From positions 32,001-96,000 of the IMG/VR virus record IMGVR_UViG_3300030419_006839: a stretch of 64,000 bases of DNA, one strand, 5' to 3'. Below, piece by piece: positions 52,878 to 61,393 of this stretch. The position numbers and the translations under genes were made by a program. Every line of letters begins with the position of its first letter. Within the stretch, counting starts at the first letter, position 1. The DNA comes from a virus. The notes beneath the pieces are model-generated. The model was not told the DNA's origin and did not search any database. It worked only from the letters and a program-made list of their open reading frames with translations.

Positions 52878-53079
52878 AAATATCTAACTTTGCTCCTAAA
52901 TTTGGGTTAGTAGATTTTGCCTTTTTTCTTTCATGTTTTGCTAAATCTAAAGTTGCTTCTATCCTTATTTCTCTTTTTGCATGTTGGATTTCATTGTATA
53001 ATTGAAATTGTTCCAACGTACTAAAGTTTGCTATCCTACTTTGTCTCAAGAATCTTGGATTCATGAATGTAGTTATCAT
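52870..53079 (-). CDS. small protein with YjfB-motility-like C-terminus
   Basis: Ends NPNLGAKLDIYG. Confidence 0.55.
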   Translation of the reverse strand: MITTFMNPRFLRQSRIANFSTLEQFQLYNEIQHAKREIRIEATLDLAKHERKKAKSTNPNLGAKLDIYG

Positions 53080-53336
53080 TACTCACTCCATACTTTAATA
53101 GCATTTGATTTAATCTCTGAAACATAAACATCTCCTAAATCATAACTTCCCCAATTTAAAGGTGATGAAACACCACAAAACCAACGAGCATTTTTATTCT
53201 TTGCTTCATTTGTTGGTGATTGCCATTTTTTTAAAACTTTCCAAGTCCATCCTTCAGCATTTCCAACACCTTTCCATATTTCATATGGTTCGTTTAAATT
53301 TCTAGTTTTTGCACAATAGTTTTTCTCTCTTGCCAT
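53079..53336 (-). CDS. conserved phage early protein
   Basis: PYEIW...WTWKVLK...ARWFC...GDVYVSEI. Confidence 0.6.
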   Translation of the reverse strand: MAREKNYCAKTRNLNEPYEIWKGVGNAEGWTWKVLKKWQSPTNEAKNKNARWFCGVSSPLNWGSYDLGDVYVSEIKSNAIKVWSE

Positions 53337-53512
53337 TCAGTACTCCTTAATTCGTTCTTTGTTCCTATTATATAATATCGACAATTCCTAGAAAACTTTA
53401 GCCTTTTTTTCAAAAAAAGTGCCTTTTTTTTGATTTAATTTTTTCTGTAAAACATTATTACTTTATTATAGGACGTGTTGATGGGCCTGGGGCCATTGAT
53501 TAGGCTAACATT

Positions 53513-53701
53513 TCAGATTCCATAATCATCTAAAAAAGTTTGACATATTACTTGACATAATTCATCTGTCAGTCTGTCTTTGACTGAAGGTCTATTTGAA
53601 TTTTCTTGCTCTAAGTCATCGAGGTAGTCATAACATGAATTAGATAGAACGGTTATAATATCTTCCTGTAGTTGTTCTCTGAGTTCTTTAAGTATTTTCA
53701 T
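53513..53701 (-). CDS. acidic hypothetical protein
   Basis: ORF following the gp88-like gene. Confidence 0.5.
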   Translation of the reverse strand: MKILKELREQLQEDIITVLSNSCYDYLDDLEQENSNRPSVKDRLTDELCQVICQTFLDDYGI

Positions 53702-53704
53702 TGA

Positions 53705-54439
53705 TTATGCCACCTTTCCATACTTTATTTTTTCAATCTGTAATAAATTTTTAGATTCTCCATTTGCTTTAGCTCCATGATATTCGTAAGCTATACATTC
53801 GATATTTTCATTCCAACATGCACGACATTCTTGACATTGACCACCTTGCGAACCACTTGGACAAAAATATATACCACTTTCTTTGTTGTCTTTATGCAAA
53901 CTAAATTCATCTTTAGTTAAGACTACAGAATGTGTTTGATGTTGATTTGGTTTGAATGGTTTATTCTTAAACGGTGAGCTAACTCTAATGGTTAAATTTT
54001 CAGGTTTGTTTACAAACTGTTTTTTATGTTGCCATTCTTTTGTTGGTAGCCAATGGTTTATATGTGGCGTTTTTCTACAAATCTCATATATATCTGATAA
54101 GTGTTGTAAGTCAATAATATCTCCAGCATCAAACCATCTAAAAAATGGAACTCGTTGCATTAATTTTGAATTGTTTAGAATAAAAACTACAGATTCTACC
54201 CATAATTTTCTATTGGATAAATATTTTTGATAACGATTTTCTAACGCATTTTTTACATTAGAAAATTTATATCGTCCATTATCTGCATAACATCCAAAAC
54301 AAGCAGAACCCTCCACTTCGATCAATACAGATCCCGTATCACAATATTCTACTGGAATATTCCATGAAAGTGCTGGCATTTTTCCTGCATCGCTTAATCC
54401 ACCAATATTTTCATTTGCTTGTTTAATTGTAGTTACCAT
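53705..54439 (-). CDS. gp88-like Cys-rich (radical-SAM-related) protein
   Basis: GGLS..GKMP, C..GS.L...GSAC..CYA, FRWFDAGD, HWLPTKE, CP...CQECRACW. Confidence 0.8.
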   Translation of the reverse strand: MVTTIKQANENIGGLSDAGKMPALSWNIPVEYCDTGSVLIEVEGSACFGCYADNGRYKFSNVKNALENRYQKYLSNRKLWVESVVFILNNSKLMQRVPFFRWFDAGDIIDLQHLSDIYEICRKTPHINHWLPTKEWQHKKQFVNKPENLTIRVSSPFKNKPFKPNQHQTHSVVLTKDEFSLHKDNKESGIYFCPSGSQGGQCQECRACWNENIECIAYEYHGAKANGESKNLLQIEKIKYGKVA

Positions 54440-54616
54440 TTTATTCCTTTGTCTTAAGTTTAGGTTAATTGCTTCCTATTATATAATATCGACAATTACT
54501 AGAAAACTTTAGCCCTTTTTGTAAAAAAAGTCACTTTTTTTTGATTTTATTTTTTCCTACAAAGATTGGAATGTTTTGGAAATGGGATGGTGATCTCGCC
54601 TACGGCATTGAGAAGT

Positions 54617-54865
54617 AAAAAAAGCAAGCTACTCGCCCCTCGATGTTTACTTTGAGTCGAAACTCATGACTTATAATCTAAGCCATATTCAACACCTCTT
54701 TGTACTTTCGGAGTTTTCACTTGCCGATGAGAGCAACGTCCAAAGAATGGTAGATCTACGTAGGACTTCTAGAATGTTTTGTAGCGTGGATCAGACGCAT
54801 CACTCATTATGGAATATCCGCATTCGGATCTTACATGCTTTTAAGCTCATCTTTCCTATAGAAAT
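54617..54865 (-). ncRNA. candidate structured ncRNA (~250 nt) downstream of ocr
   Basis: GC-enriched, no sense-strand ORF, at least 7 stems including a UUCG-capped hairpin, possible pseudoknot, terminator GCGAG-UAG-CUUGC-U7. Confidence 0.6.
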
Positions 54866-55285
54866 TTATAAATCCATATGGTAACCGTAATCCTCATCTG
54901 TACCAAAACCTGCAGATGCTAATGCTTCGCCATCATCTGAATAATCATCCACAGTATTTAATGAATCTGTATCATAAAATGCTTGTTGCCACCATGAATT
55001 AACTTGATTTGTTAGTTCCTCATAAATCCTTGCTTGAAGGAATTGAAAAATATTTTCACAACTTGAAATAGAAACAAATCCAGAATCAGATTCAAAACCC
55101 AAATCTGTATCATCTTTTAAGTATTCGATATACTCCCAATTTGATGTTGGCATTTGACGGTCAATTTCTTCAGTAATTAACCTTTCACTGTCAAAAGTAC
55201 TAAATTCTTCAGCACTCATGTTATCAATTTCTGATCTAATTTCATCACAAATATTTTTTGCTAATCTTTCAACTTTAATAGACAT
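54866..55285 (-). CDS. ocr: Ocr (T7 gp0.3-like) DNA-mimic anti-restriction protein with C-terminal extension
   Basis: DLGFESDSG...IFQFLQARIYEELT matches T7 Ocr DLEFEDSG...VIRILQARIYEQLT as recalled; strongly acidic. Confidence 0.85.
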   Translation of the reverse strand: MSIKVERLAKNICDEIRSEIDNMSAEEFSTFDSERLITEEIDRQMPTSNWEYIEYLKDDTDLGFESDSGFVSISSCENIFQFLQARIYEELTNQVNSWWQQAFYDTDSLNTVDDYSDDGEALASAGFGTDEDYGYHMDL

Positions 55286-55288
55286 AAA

Positions 55289-55492
55289 TTAAACTCCTAA
55301 AAAAATTTCATCTTGACAAGTTTGACACAAACCAGAAATTCTATATTCTTTTTTTGATATATCATCTCTGAAATTTAGATTTACTTTGTGTGGTTCTTTT
55401 GAAACACAAGAATTGTTAGTAATTGATTCTGTTCTATCAAATAGAGAATCTAAAAATATTTCAATTGGTCTTGATTTTTTAGTTGGTTTCAT
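55289..55492 (-). CDS. conserved small phage protein with CxxC
   Basis: FRDDISKKEYRISGLCQTCQDEIF. Confidence 0.65.
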   Translation of the reverse strand: MKPTKKSRPIEIFLDSLFDRTESITNNSCVSKEPHKVNLNFRDDISKKEYRISGLCQTCQDEIFLGV

Positions 55493-55681
55493 AACTTACC
55501 TCTATTATATAATATCGACAGTTTCAAGAAAACTTTAGGAAAAAATCAATTATTTTTTGAAAAAAACTGATTTTTTTTTCTTCAATTTTTGATTCTTTCT
55601 TTTTATATCTGACACCTGTATGTAGATTCAAATCTTCACTTTTTAGCTTTCTATTGACATTATCTGATCGCTTAAATTTTG

Positions 55682-55831
55682 TCATTCAGCTTTACCAAGT
55701 TTTATGTTGCCGTTGCTTTCCTCTACTTTTGGATCATCATCTTTTTTGAGTTTGGCTCGTTTGATTCTTGCTTTGTGCCTTGCAAGTCTAATTCGTTTTT
55801 TACGATTCTGTAATTTTCTAGTGTGTTTCAT
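55682..55831 (-). CDS. small highly basic protein (MKHTRKLQNRKKRIRLARHKARIK...), absent from the ORF track
   Basis: GAGG RBS directly after a class-1 promoter. Confidence 0.6.
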   Translation of the reverse strand: MKHTRKLQNRKKRIRLARHKARIKRAKLKKDDDPKVEESNGNIKLGKAE

Positions 55832-55987
55832 ATTTCCTCTTTACCTCTATTATATAATATCGACAATTTTGAGAAAACTTTAGCCCTTTTTGTAAAAAAA
55901 AGCAACTTTTTTTTGATTTAATTTTTTCTGAGAATACCATAAACCTGTGTTATACCTGCATTGGTGTGTTGGAATACATTGAGAACC

Positions 55988-56203
55988 TTATACATTCCAC
56001 CCGTTTAATCTTAAATCGTTTAAATGTGATTGTAAAGGTTCCAATGTATCAGTATTTACTGTTATTATATGGTTGGTTTCAACGACTAAAACATCGCATT
56101 CTTGTTTTGACTTACCAGAAAAAGTATTTATTTTTTTTCTGGTAAATTCACGAATGGATACATTTTTATTTATTGCTTTACAAAAGTGTGTTGCTACTTT
56201 CAT
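55988..56203 (-). CDS. hypothetical protein
   Basis: AGGAG RBS. Confidence 0.55.
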   Translation of the reverse strand: MKVATHFCKAINKNVSIREFTRKKINTFSGKSKQECDVLVVETNHIITVNTDTLEPLQSHLNDLRLNGWNV

Positions 56204-56622
56204 TAGAAACTCCTAACAAAATCATGGAAGTCATACGTTGATAATAATTGAGTCATTCTTTTTTCTATTTCTGTTGCGTGTATAATATCAGCAAATTTTA
56301 GGTTTTCCATTATTCGATGATATGCAACTATTGGAGGAATACTGTTGTCTAAATTATCATACATTAAATTAAAATCTTCCTTCAATTCTGAAATTTGTTC
56401 TTTTGTTAGTTTGTTTTCCCATTCTCCAAGCTTCATTCTTTTATTTAAGCTACCGCTTTTTGAGAATGATAACATTGTGTCAATCCTTACCTTTGAGGCT
56501 TTTCTGGTTAAATCATTTTTTTGTTCTTTAGTAAATGATTTTGACACACCATCTAAAACTTTAGAAATAAACTCTTTTGAAATGTTTACTTGTTGGTTTG
56601 TTAGATCTGCTAAATTTTGCAT
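56203..56622 (-). CDS. hypothetical early protein
   Basis: GAGGT RBS after a class-1 promoter. Confidence 0.6.
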   Translation of the reverse strand: MQNLADLTNQQVNISKEFISKVLDGVSKSFTKEQKNDLTRKASKVRIDTMLSFSKSGSLNKRMKLGEWENKLTKEQISELKEDFNLMYDNLDNSIPPIVAYHRIMENLKFADIIHATEIEKRMTQLLSTYDFHDFVRSF

Positions 56623-56696
56623 GTTTACCTCTTTTGTATACTATATAATATCGACAGCTTTGATGGAAACTTTAGGAAAAAAGTGATTTTTTTTTG

Positions 56697-56852
56697 CCCC
56701 ATTTTTTGAAAAGTTGGCACGATTTATAATCACTTTTTTGCTTTGAATCATTTTTTGAATCTTGAAACCCTTGCTATTACTCGCTTTGGCGAGATTGCAA
56801 ATCCCCTTTTTTCTTTTCACCCTCAAAGAAAGAAAAAAGGGGTTTGTAATAA
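56697..56852. repeat. 156-bp hairpin repeat, copy 1
   Basis: Aligns without gaps to 58042-58197 and 59456-59611. Confidence 0.9.
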
Positions 56853-56888
56853 CCTGTAGTTATACAGTTAAGATTAAATCTAACTGAC

Positions 56889-57560
56889 TTAATTTAATAA
56901 GTCAGTTAGTTTATTATCCCATAAAATAGTTGACAATCTTGATGCTATTTCATATATATGTTCTTCCGCACAATCATTTCCATTTTCGTTTTCCTGAAAT
57001 TTATATTCACAAAATTCCACATAATTATCATATTCTACCTCTAATAAATAAGTTAGTATAGTTTGTATATCAATTGATATATCAAAAATTAAATTAGATC
57101 TTTCTTGTTCAGTCATTTTCTTCTACTATTTCACTCCATAAAGAAATAAAATTTTCAGACTCATAATACATAGATTTATATAGCAAGTCTTGTATTTCAT
57201 CAATTGGATTACTTGAAGTTTCAATAATCCATCTTGCTATTTTTTCTAACTGTTTGTCATTGTATGGTTCTTTCATAATTATATACCCATAATCCACTTA
57301 TCTAAAGCATAATTAAATTTATTCTTTTCTTTTATTGGATCAATTCCAACCTTATGAAAAGTGTAGTTTACTGAATCATCCATATAGTCATAATACGTTT
57401 GTTGATTGTCAAACTTTGGTGATTTTCTCTCATTATTATAAGAATTACAAGCTTCATTAAAACCATTGAAAATATCTTGAAAAATAGTGTTTTTGGTTGA
57501 AAGTTCTTTACCGTTCCAAATTACTTTTGGCATTCTAATATTCTCCTTCAAATCTCTCAT
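56889..57560 (-). CDS. three small hypothetical genes (56889-57116, 57109-57297, 57279-57560)
   Basis: Coupled ORFs. Confidence 0.55.
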
Positions 57561-57756
57561 CTTTAATCATTGTTGCTTGAAATTTTGGGTCTAATTTCAT
57601 ATAGATAGTTTTAGGTTTTGACGGTTGTGCAAGATACATCTTGCCATCATCATCAATAAATAAAACCTTAAACCAAATTCCGAGAATTTTAACTTCGTAA
57701 TTTTCCATATTAGTAATTTACCTCTAATATATAATATCGACAGTTTTGAGAAAACT

Positions 57757-57918
57757 TTAGCTTTTTTTGATAAAGTTTTTTCCTAAAGTTTCGTAAACTC
57801 TTTTCATAAATTTTTCACGATTTTTTCTATATTCCTTAATTCTTTTCTGTTCTTTAGTTAAACCAATAACATCAATTTTTTCGTGTAAGTTATGAGGGAT
57901 TGTTTTAATAATATTCAA
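57757..57918 (-). CDS. paralogue of 58864-59022 (TTG start, 53 aa), absent from the ORF track
   Basis: IIKTIPHNLHEKIDVIGLTKEQKRIKEYRKNREKFMKRVYETLGKNFIKKS. Confidence 0.65.
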   Translation of the reverse strand: MNIIKTIPHNLHEKIDVIGLTKEQKRIKEYRKNREKFMKRVYETLGKNFIKKS

Positions 57919-58041
57919 GTTGTTACCCTATTGGTAAAATATTCTGGTTTAAATTTCTTGCATCTAAAACTTGTCGGTTCACAATGCACCACTTTCTATA
58001 AATATCAGTTTTTTGGATAGTAAGTTTTTTAATTTTTCTTA

Positions 58042-58197
58042 CCCCATTTTCTGGAAAGTTGGCATGATTTATAATCGCTTTTTTGCTTTGAATCATCTTT
58101 TGAATCCTTCAACCCTTGCTATCATTGGGTTTGAGGAGATTGCAAATCCCCTTTTTTCTTTTCACCCTTAAAGAAAGAAAAAAGGGGTTTGTAATAA
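58042..58197. repeat. 156-bp hairpin repeat, copy 2
   Basis: See copy 1. Confidence 0.9.
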
Positions 58198-58232
58198 GGT
58201 AGAGAAGGGCAGTTAAGCCCAACTCTATTGAT

Positions 58233-58637
58233 TTACTTATCTATAGTCATTTTTATTGTAGCAATATATACAACACCACTTTTATCAGTTTCTAGTTGTT
58301 GTGTTTCAACCCTTGATTTTTTTAGGGTATTTGTTTGCAAATAATCAGCTAATTCTGTTCTTGCCATATGTTTTGCTTTATTTATAGCAAGTTGTACATT
58401 TCTACTTCTAGCCTGTTTTATAGTTGTTATTTTCTTTGGTGTTTCTATCACTTTAGTTGTTGGTTCTAAAGGCATATTAATATTTTTAGAAGAACATCCA
58501 GAAACACATAAAAAAACTATACCTAAAATTAATATTGAACCTAAAACAAAAACTGTTTCGATTGCATCCTTAATATCATCTTTAATGCTTGTTCTAATTT
58601 CTTGGTTTTGCAATTGATTTCCTTGATACATTTTCAT
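58233..58637 (-). CDS. LPP20-like lipoprotein
   Basis: VSGC lipobox; AINKAKHMARTELA. Confidence 0.6.
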   Translation of the reverse strand: MKMYQGNQLQNQEIRTSIKDDIKDAIETVFVLGSILILGIVFLCVSGCSSKNINMPLEPTTKVIETPKKITTIKQARSRNVQLAINKAKHMARTELADYLQTNTLKKSRVETQQLETDKSGVVYIATIKMTIDK

Positions 58638-58648
58638 ATTGCTTCCTC

Positions 58649-58855
58649 TTATCTAATCCAGTTTGGGTTATCTTTATAGTGAAATGATTTTTTCCAATCC
58701 TCAAATTTTTCTGCTTGTTTGTCTATTTCATAATCTTCTATTGCATCCCATAATCCTTCAACTATATCATGGAAAATATTTTTTTCATTTTTTGGCCTTA
58801 ATTTTCCATTCCAATTAATTTCTAAATTGTTAGTAATCCCTTCTATTTTATACAT
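58649..58855 (-). CDS. hypothetical protein; paralogue of 57279-57560
   Basis: WNGK...KNIFHDIVEG vs WNGK...KNTIFQDIFNG. Confidence 0.6.
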   Translation of the reverse strand: MYKIEGITNNLEINWNGKLRPKNEKNIFHDIVEGLWDAIEDYEIDKQAEKFEDWKKSFHYKDNPNWIR

Positions 58856-58863
58856 TGTTATTC

Positions 58864-59022
58864 CTATTTTATAAAGTTTTTTCCTAAAGTTTCGTAAACT
58901 CTTTTCATAAAGTTCTCACGATTTTGTTGATATTTCTTGATTCTCTTTTGTTCTTTAGACAAACCAATAACATCAATTTTTTCGTGTAATTTGTGGGGTA
59001 TCGTTTCAATAATTTTCATATT
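58864..59022 (-). CDS. small basic early protein
   Basis: MKIIETIPHKLHEKID... after a class-1 promoter; 5' coordinate approximate. Confidence 0.55.
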   Translation of the reverse strand, partial: NMKIIETIPHKLHEKIDVIGLSKEQKRIKKYQQNRENFMKRVYETLGKNFIK

Positions 59023-59079
59023 TTCCCTTTGTTCTCTACTATATAATATCGACAGTTTCAAGAAAACTTTAGTAGTTTT

Positions 59080-59346
59080 TTACAATGAAATGTAACTTTT
59101 TGATGAATTAAATAACCAATTTTCAACTAGAAACTTATCAATTAGATTATTTCTATATGCGTTTAGAAATTCCTCATCAGTTACAGATAACAAACAATCA
59201 TCCCATGCAAAAAAAGTATTTTCACCATCTTCTATTTCATAAACTCCATTTTCCCTATCTATTTTCGTGATAGCATAATAACGACTTTTTCGGTCTATGT
59301 TTCTAGTTGGAATGGTTTTTACGATTTGGCGAATGCTGTGGTTCAT
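59080..59346 (-). CDS. hypothetical early protein
   Basis: GAGG RBS after a class-1 promoter. Confidence 0.6.
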   Translation of the reverse strand: MNHSIRQIVKTIPTRNIDRKSRYYAITKIDRENGVYEIEDGENTFFAWDDCLLSVTDEEFLNAYRNNLIDKFLVENWLFNSSKSYISL

Positions 59347-59455
59347 AATTGTATTTCCTCTTATACTATATAATATCGACAGTTTCTAAAAAACTTTAGA
59401 AAAAAAAACAACTTTTTCAAAAAATTTTCCAAAGTAAAAAAATAATTTTTCACAC

Positions 59456-59611
59456 CCCCATTTTCTGGAAAGTTGGCACGATTTATATTTGTTTTTTTGC
59501 TTTGGAACATTTTTTGAATCTCTAAACCCTTGCTATCACTGGCTTTGCCGTGATTGCAAATCCCTTTTTTTCTTCTCACCTATAGAGGAAGAAAAAAGGG
59601 GTTTGTAATAA
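59456..59611. repeat. 156-bp hairpin repeat, copy 3
   Basis: See copy 1. Confidence 0.9.
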
Positions 59612-59758
59612 GCTACCCTAACACAGTATATCCACATTCTCACTTATAGATATATACACATCTTTTTACTTCTTGCAAATTTAATTATGTTTTGTTATTA
59701 TTTGCAAATAAACTTAATACTAGTTGTAAGTGTTAAGACATTTAATAAAGAGGTTTTT

Positions 59759-60073
59759 ATGAGTTTTGAAGAAAAAATAGAGTCTTATGAGAAGATTACT
59801 AAGAAGTTAGAGAAATATGATAGTCCTGATTTTAATTTGACAAAAGAATTTTTCAAAGAAATGAATTTTAATTTTAAAGAAGGGTGTGAGATATTTTATT
59901 CTAGTGAGTCTGGTGATAAAAAAAACTTAAAACGTGCAGAAAGGAAGTTAGATAGAGCGATTAGATCTGCTGAAAAACTAGAGAGTATTTTGTCTAGTCA
60001 GCAAAAGAGTTTCAGAAAAACTGTAATCAATTCTAGTAAGGAAAAAGAAAAATCTACTGGACAGACTTTTTGA
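59759..60073 (+). CDS. hypothetical protein
   Basis: GAGGT RBS; upstream TTGCAA-N17-TATTAT sigma70-like site. Confidence 0.6.
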   Translation: MSFEEKIESYEKITKKLEKYDSPDFNLTKEFFKEMNFNFKEGCEIFYSSESGDKKNLKRAERKLDRAIRSAEKLESILSSQQKSFRKTVINSSKEKEKSTGQTF

Positions 60074-60079
60074 TAAACT

Positions 60080-60112
60080 AATCATATGTGGGAATAACAC
60101 CCACATATGATT
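60080..60112. terminator. perfect 13-bp inverted repeat between convergent genes
   Basis: AATCATATGTGGG-N7-CCCACATATGATT. Confidence 0.75.
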
Positions 60113-60588
60113 TAACCTCCCTTCATTATGTTTATCTTCTCTTGATACGTTAATTTTTCCCACAACTCTTTTTTATCATTTTTATCTTTTTCTTTACCTG
60201 AAACAATTTCTATTAGGCTTTTGTTTTTTTCATCCTTTATTGTACTCAGAAATTCACATTTATATATCTTTACCTCAGTACGAGAACTTGGTTGTAGGAA
60301 AAATAAAGTTGAATCAGTTCTTAATGGGTATTCTGGATGTAAGTAATTGATAGTCTTTCCTTTGCTTTTTATATCCACCTCTATAGTCTTTTTAATATTG
60401 TTATGTAGCCACTTGTTTTCTATATCAAAACCTACGACCACATTACTCTTGTAGTTAGATATATTGGACAACTCATTTTCAAGAACACATCTGTTGATTT
60501 TAATGATAAAAGTTTTTTTGTATGCATTAACAAACTCATCTAGATCAAATAGATTAATATTAAATCTATCAGTAAACACGTATTTCAT
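60112..60588 (-). CDS. hypothetical protein
   Basis: AAGGAG RBS, class-2 promoter. Confidence 0.6.
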   Translation of the reverse strand: MKYVFTDRFNINLFDLDEFVNAYKKTFIIKINRCVLENELSNISNYKSNVVVGFDIENKWLHNNIKKTIEVDIKSKGKTINYLHPEYPLRTDSTLFFLQPSSRTEVKIYKCEFLSTIKDEKNKSLIEIVSGKEKDKNDKKELWEKLTYQEKINIMKGG

Positions 60589-60625
60589 TTATTTACACGA
60601 CTCCTTCATATTAATTTACATAGTA

Positions 60626-60670
60626 AATAACACAATTATAGATAAAATATTTACTAAAAACTATGTTATA
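60626..60670. promoter_or_regulatory. overlapping divergent class-2 promoters
   Basis: (-) AGTAAA-N16-GTGTTATT at 60626-60655; (+) GATAAA-N16-ATGTTATA at 60641-60670. Confidence 0.6.
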
Positions 60671-60838
60671 TATATTATTAAAACAAATATTTATAAAAAA
60701 AAGTAAATTTAAAACAAACTCTCCTGAAAAGATGGTGCTGTGAAAAAATATTTGATTTTGGATATAGGCTTATACGCTTTTTTCTCCGAAATTGTTTTTT
60801 ACTCTTTTTAGGAGTTGATGTCATAGGAGTACAAGTAA

Positions 60839-61390
60839 ATGCAAGATAATGGGTATAGAAAATCATATTTTGAAGGATATTTGTCAGCTTATAATGATCT
60901 AATAACTAAAAAAATCAATAGAAAAAAAGTTTCTAAGTTTATAACAGAAATGAAAGAATGGTCAGGTGTTGAGTTTGATGTGTCTAGATTAAATAGAATA
61001 AAAGAAATGCAAATACCTTCTATAGAAAGATCTAAATCTTATAGAGAAGTGGATCTTAAACCAGGATTTGTTTATTTTGTAAGAAAAAGAGGTACTGATG
61101 AAATTAAGATTGGTCATACAGTTAATATTAAGAGTAGGATGCAAAGTATAAAGACAGGTGTAACGGGAGAATTAGAATTAATTTTTAAGGAAACCTGGGA
61201 GTATAATAATTCTAAAAGTGGATCGTATTGGGCAAAATATTCAGAGAAAAATTACCATTCTCTCTTTTCTAGTTATAGAATAAAAAGAGAATGGTTTTTA
61301 CTGCCAAATATAGATAATTATATTTCTGGATCTTTGTTCAATAAGAAAGAATATGTTTCTAGCCTACAAAGTAATGACCCTAGAAGTTAG
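60839..61390 (+). CDS. T5orf172/MUG113 GIY-YIG-domain protein
   Basis: GFVYFV...IKIGHT...SRMQSIKTG...EKNYH...REWF. Confidence 0.85.
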   Translation: MQDNGYRKSYFEGYLSAYNDLITKKINRKKVSKFITEMKEWSGVEFDVSRLNRIKEMQIPSIERSKSYREVDLKPGFVYFVRKRGTDEIKIGHTVNIKSRMQSIKTGVTGELELIFKETWEYNNSKSGSYWAKYSEKNYHSLFSSYRIKREWFLLPNIDNYISGSLFNKKEYVSSLQSNDPRS

Positions 61391-61393
61391 GGT

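Larger units (their letters stand above)
50877..59399 (-). promoter_or_regulatory. 11 copies of the class-1 promoter repeat, typically CTAAAGTTTTCT-N7-GTCGATATTATATA (starts 50877, 51057, 51991, 53366, 54477, 55503, 55848, 56639, 57725, 59037, 59364)
   Basis: Near-identical ~36-bp motif, intergenic and usually just upstream of an RBS and start codon on the minus strand. Confidence 0.9.

Noticed and set aside
54666-54884. 72-aa + strand ORF
   Set aside because: Antisense to the whole region, no RBS, overlaps the ocr end; better explained by the GC-richer structured RNA
56712-56730. TTGGCACG as a sigma54 promoter
   Set aside because: The -24 box matches but the -12 TTGC is replaced by ATAA, and it points against local genes
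50877-59399. 36-bp repeats as a CRISPR array
   Set aside because: Separated by 0.15-1.4 kb of genes rather than 30-40-bp spacers; usually upstream of RBSs; no cas genes in the window
56641-59579. Similar minus-strand ORFs 56641-56826 and 59361-59579 (RKKGICN...) and + ORF 57971-58171
   Set aside because: By-products of the 156-bp repeat; they run through promoters, lack RBSs and have no equivalent listed ORF in copy 2 on the same strand
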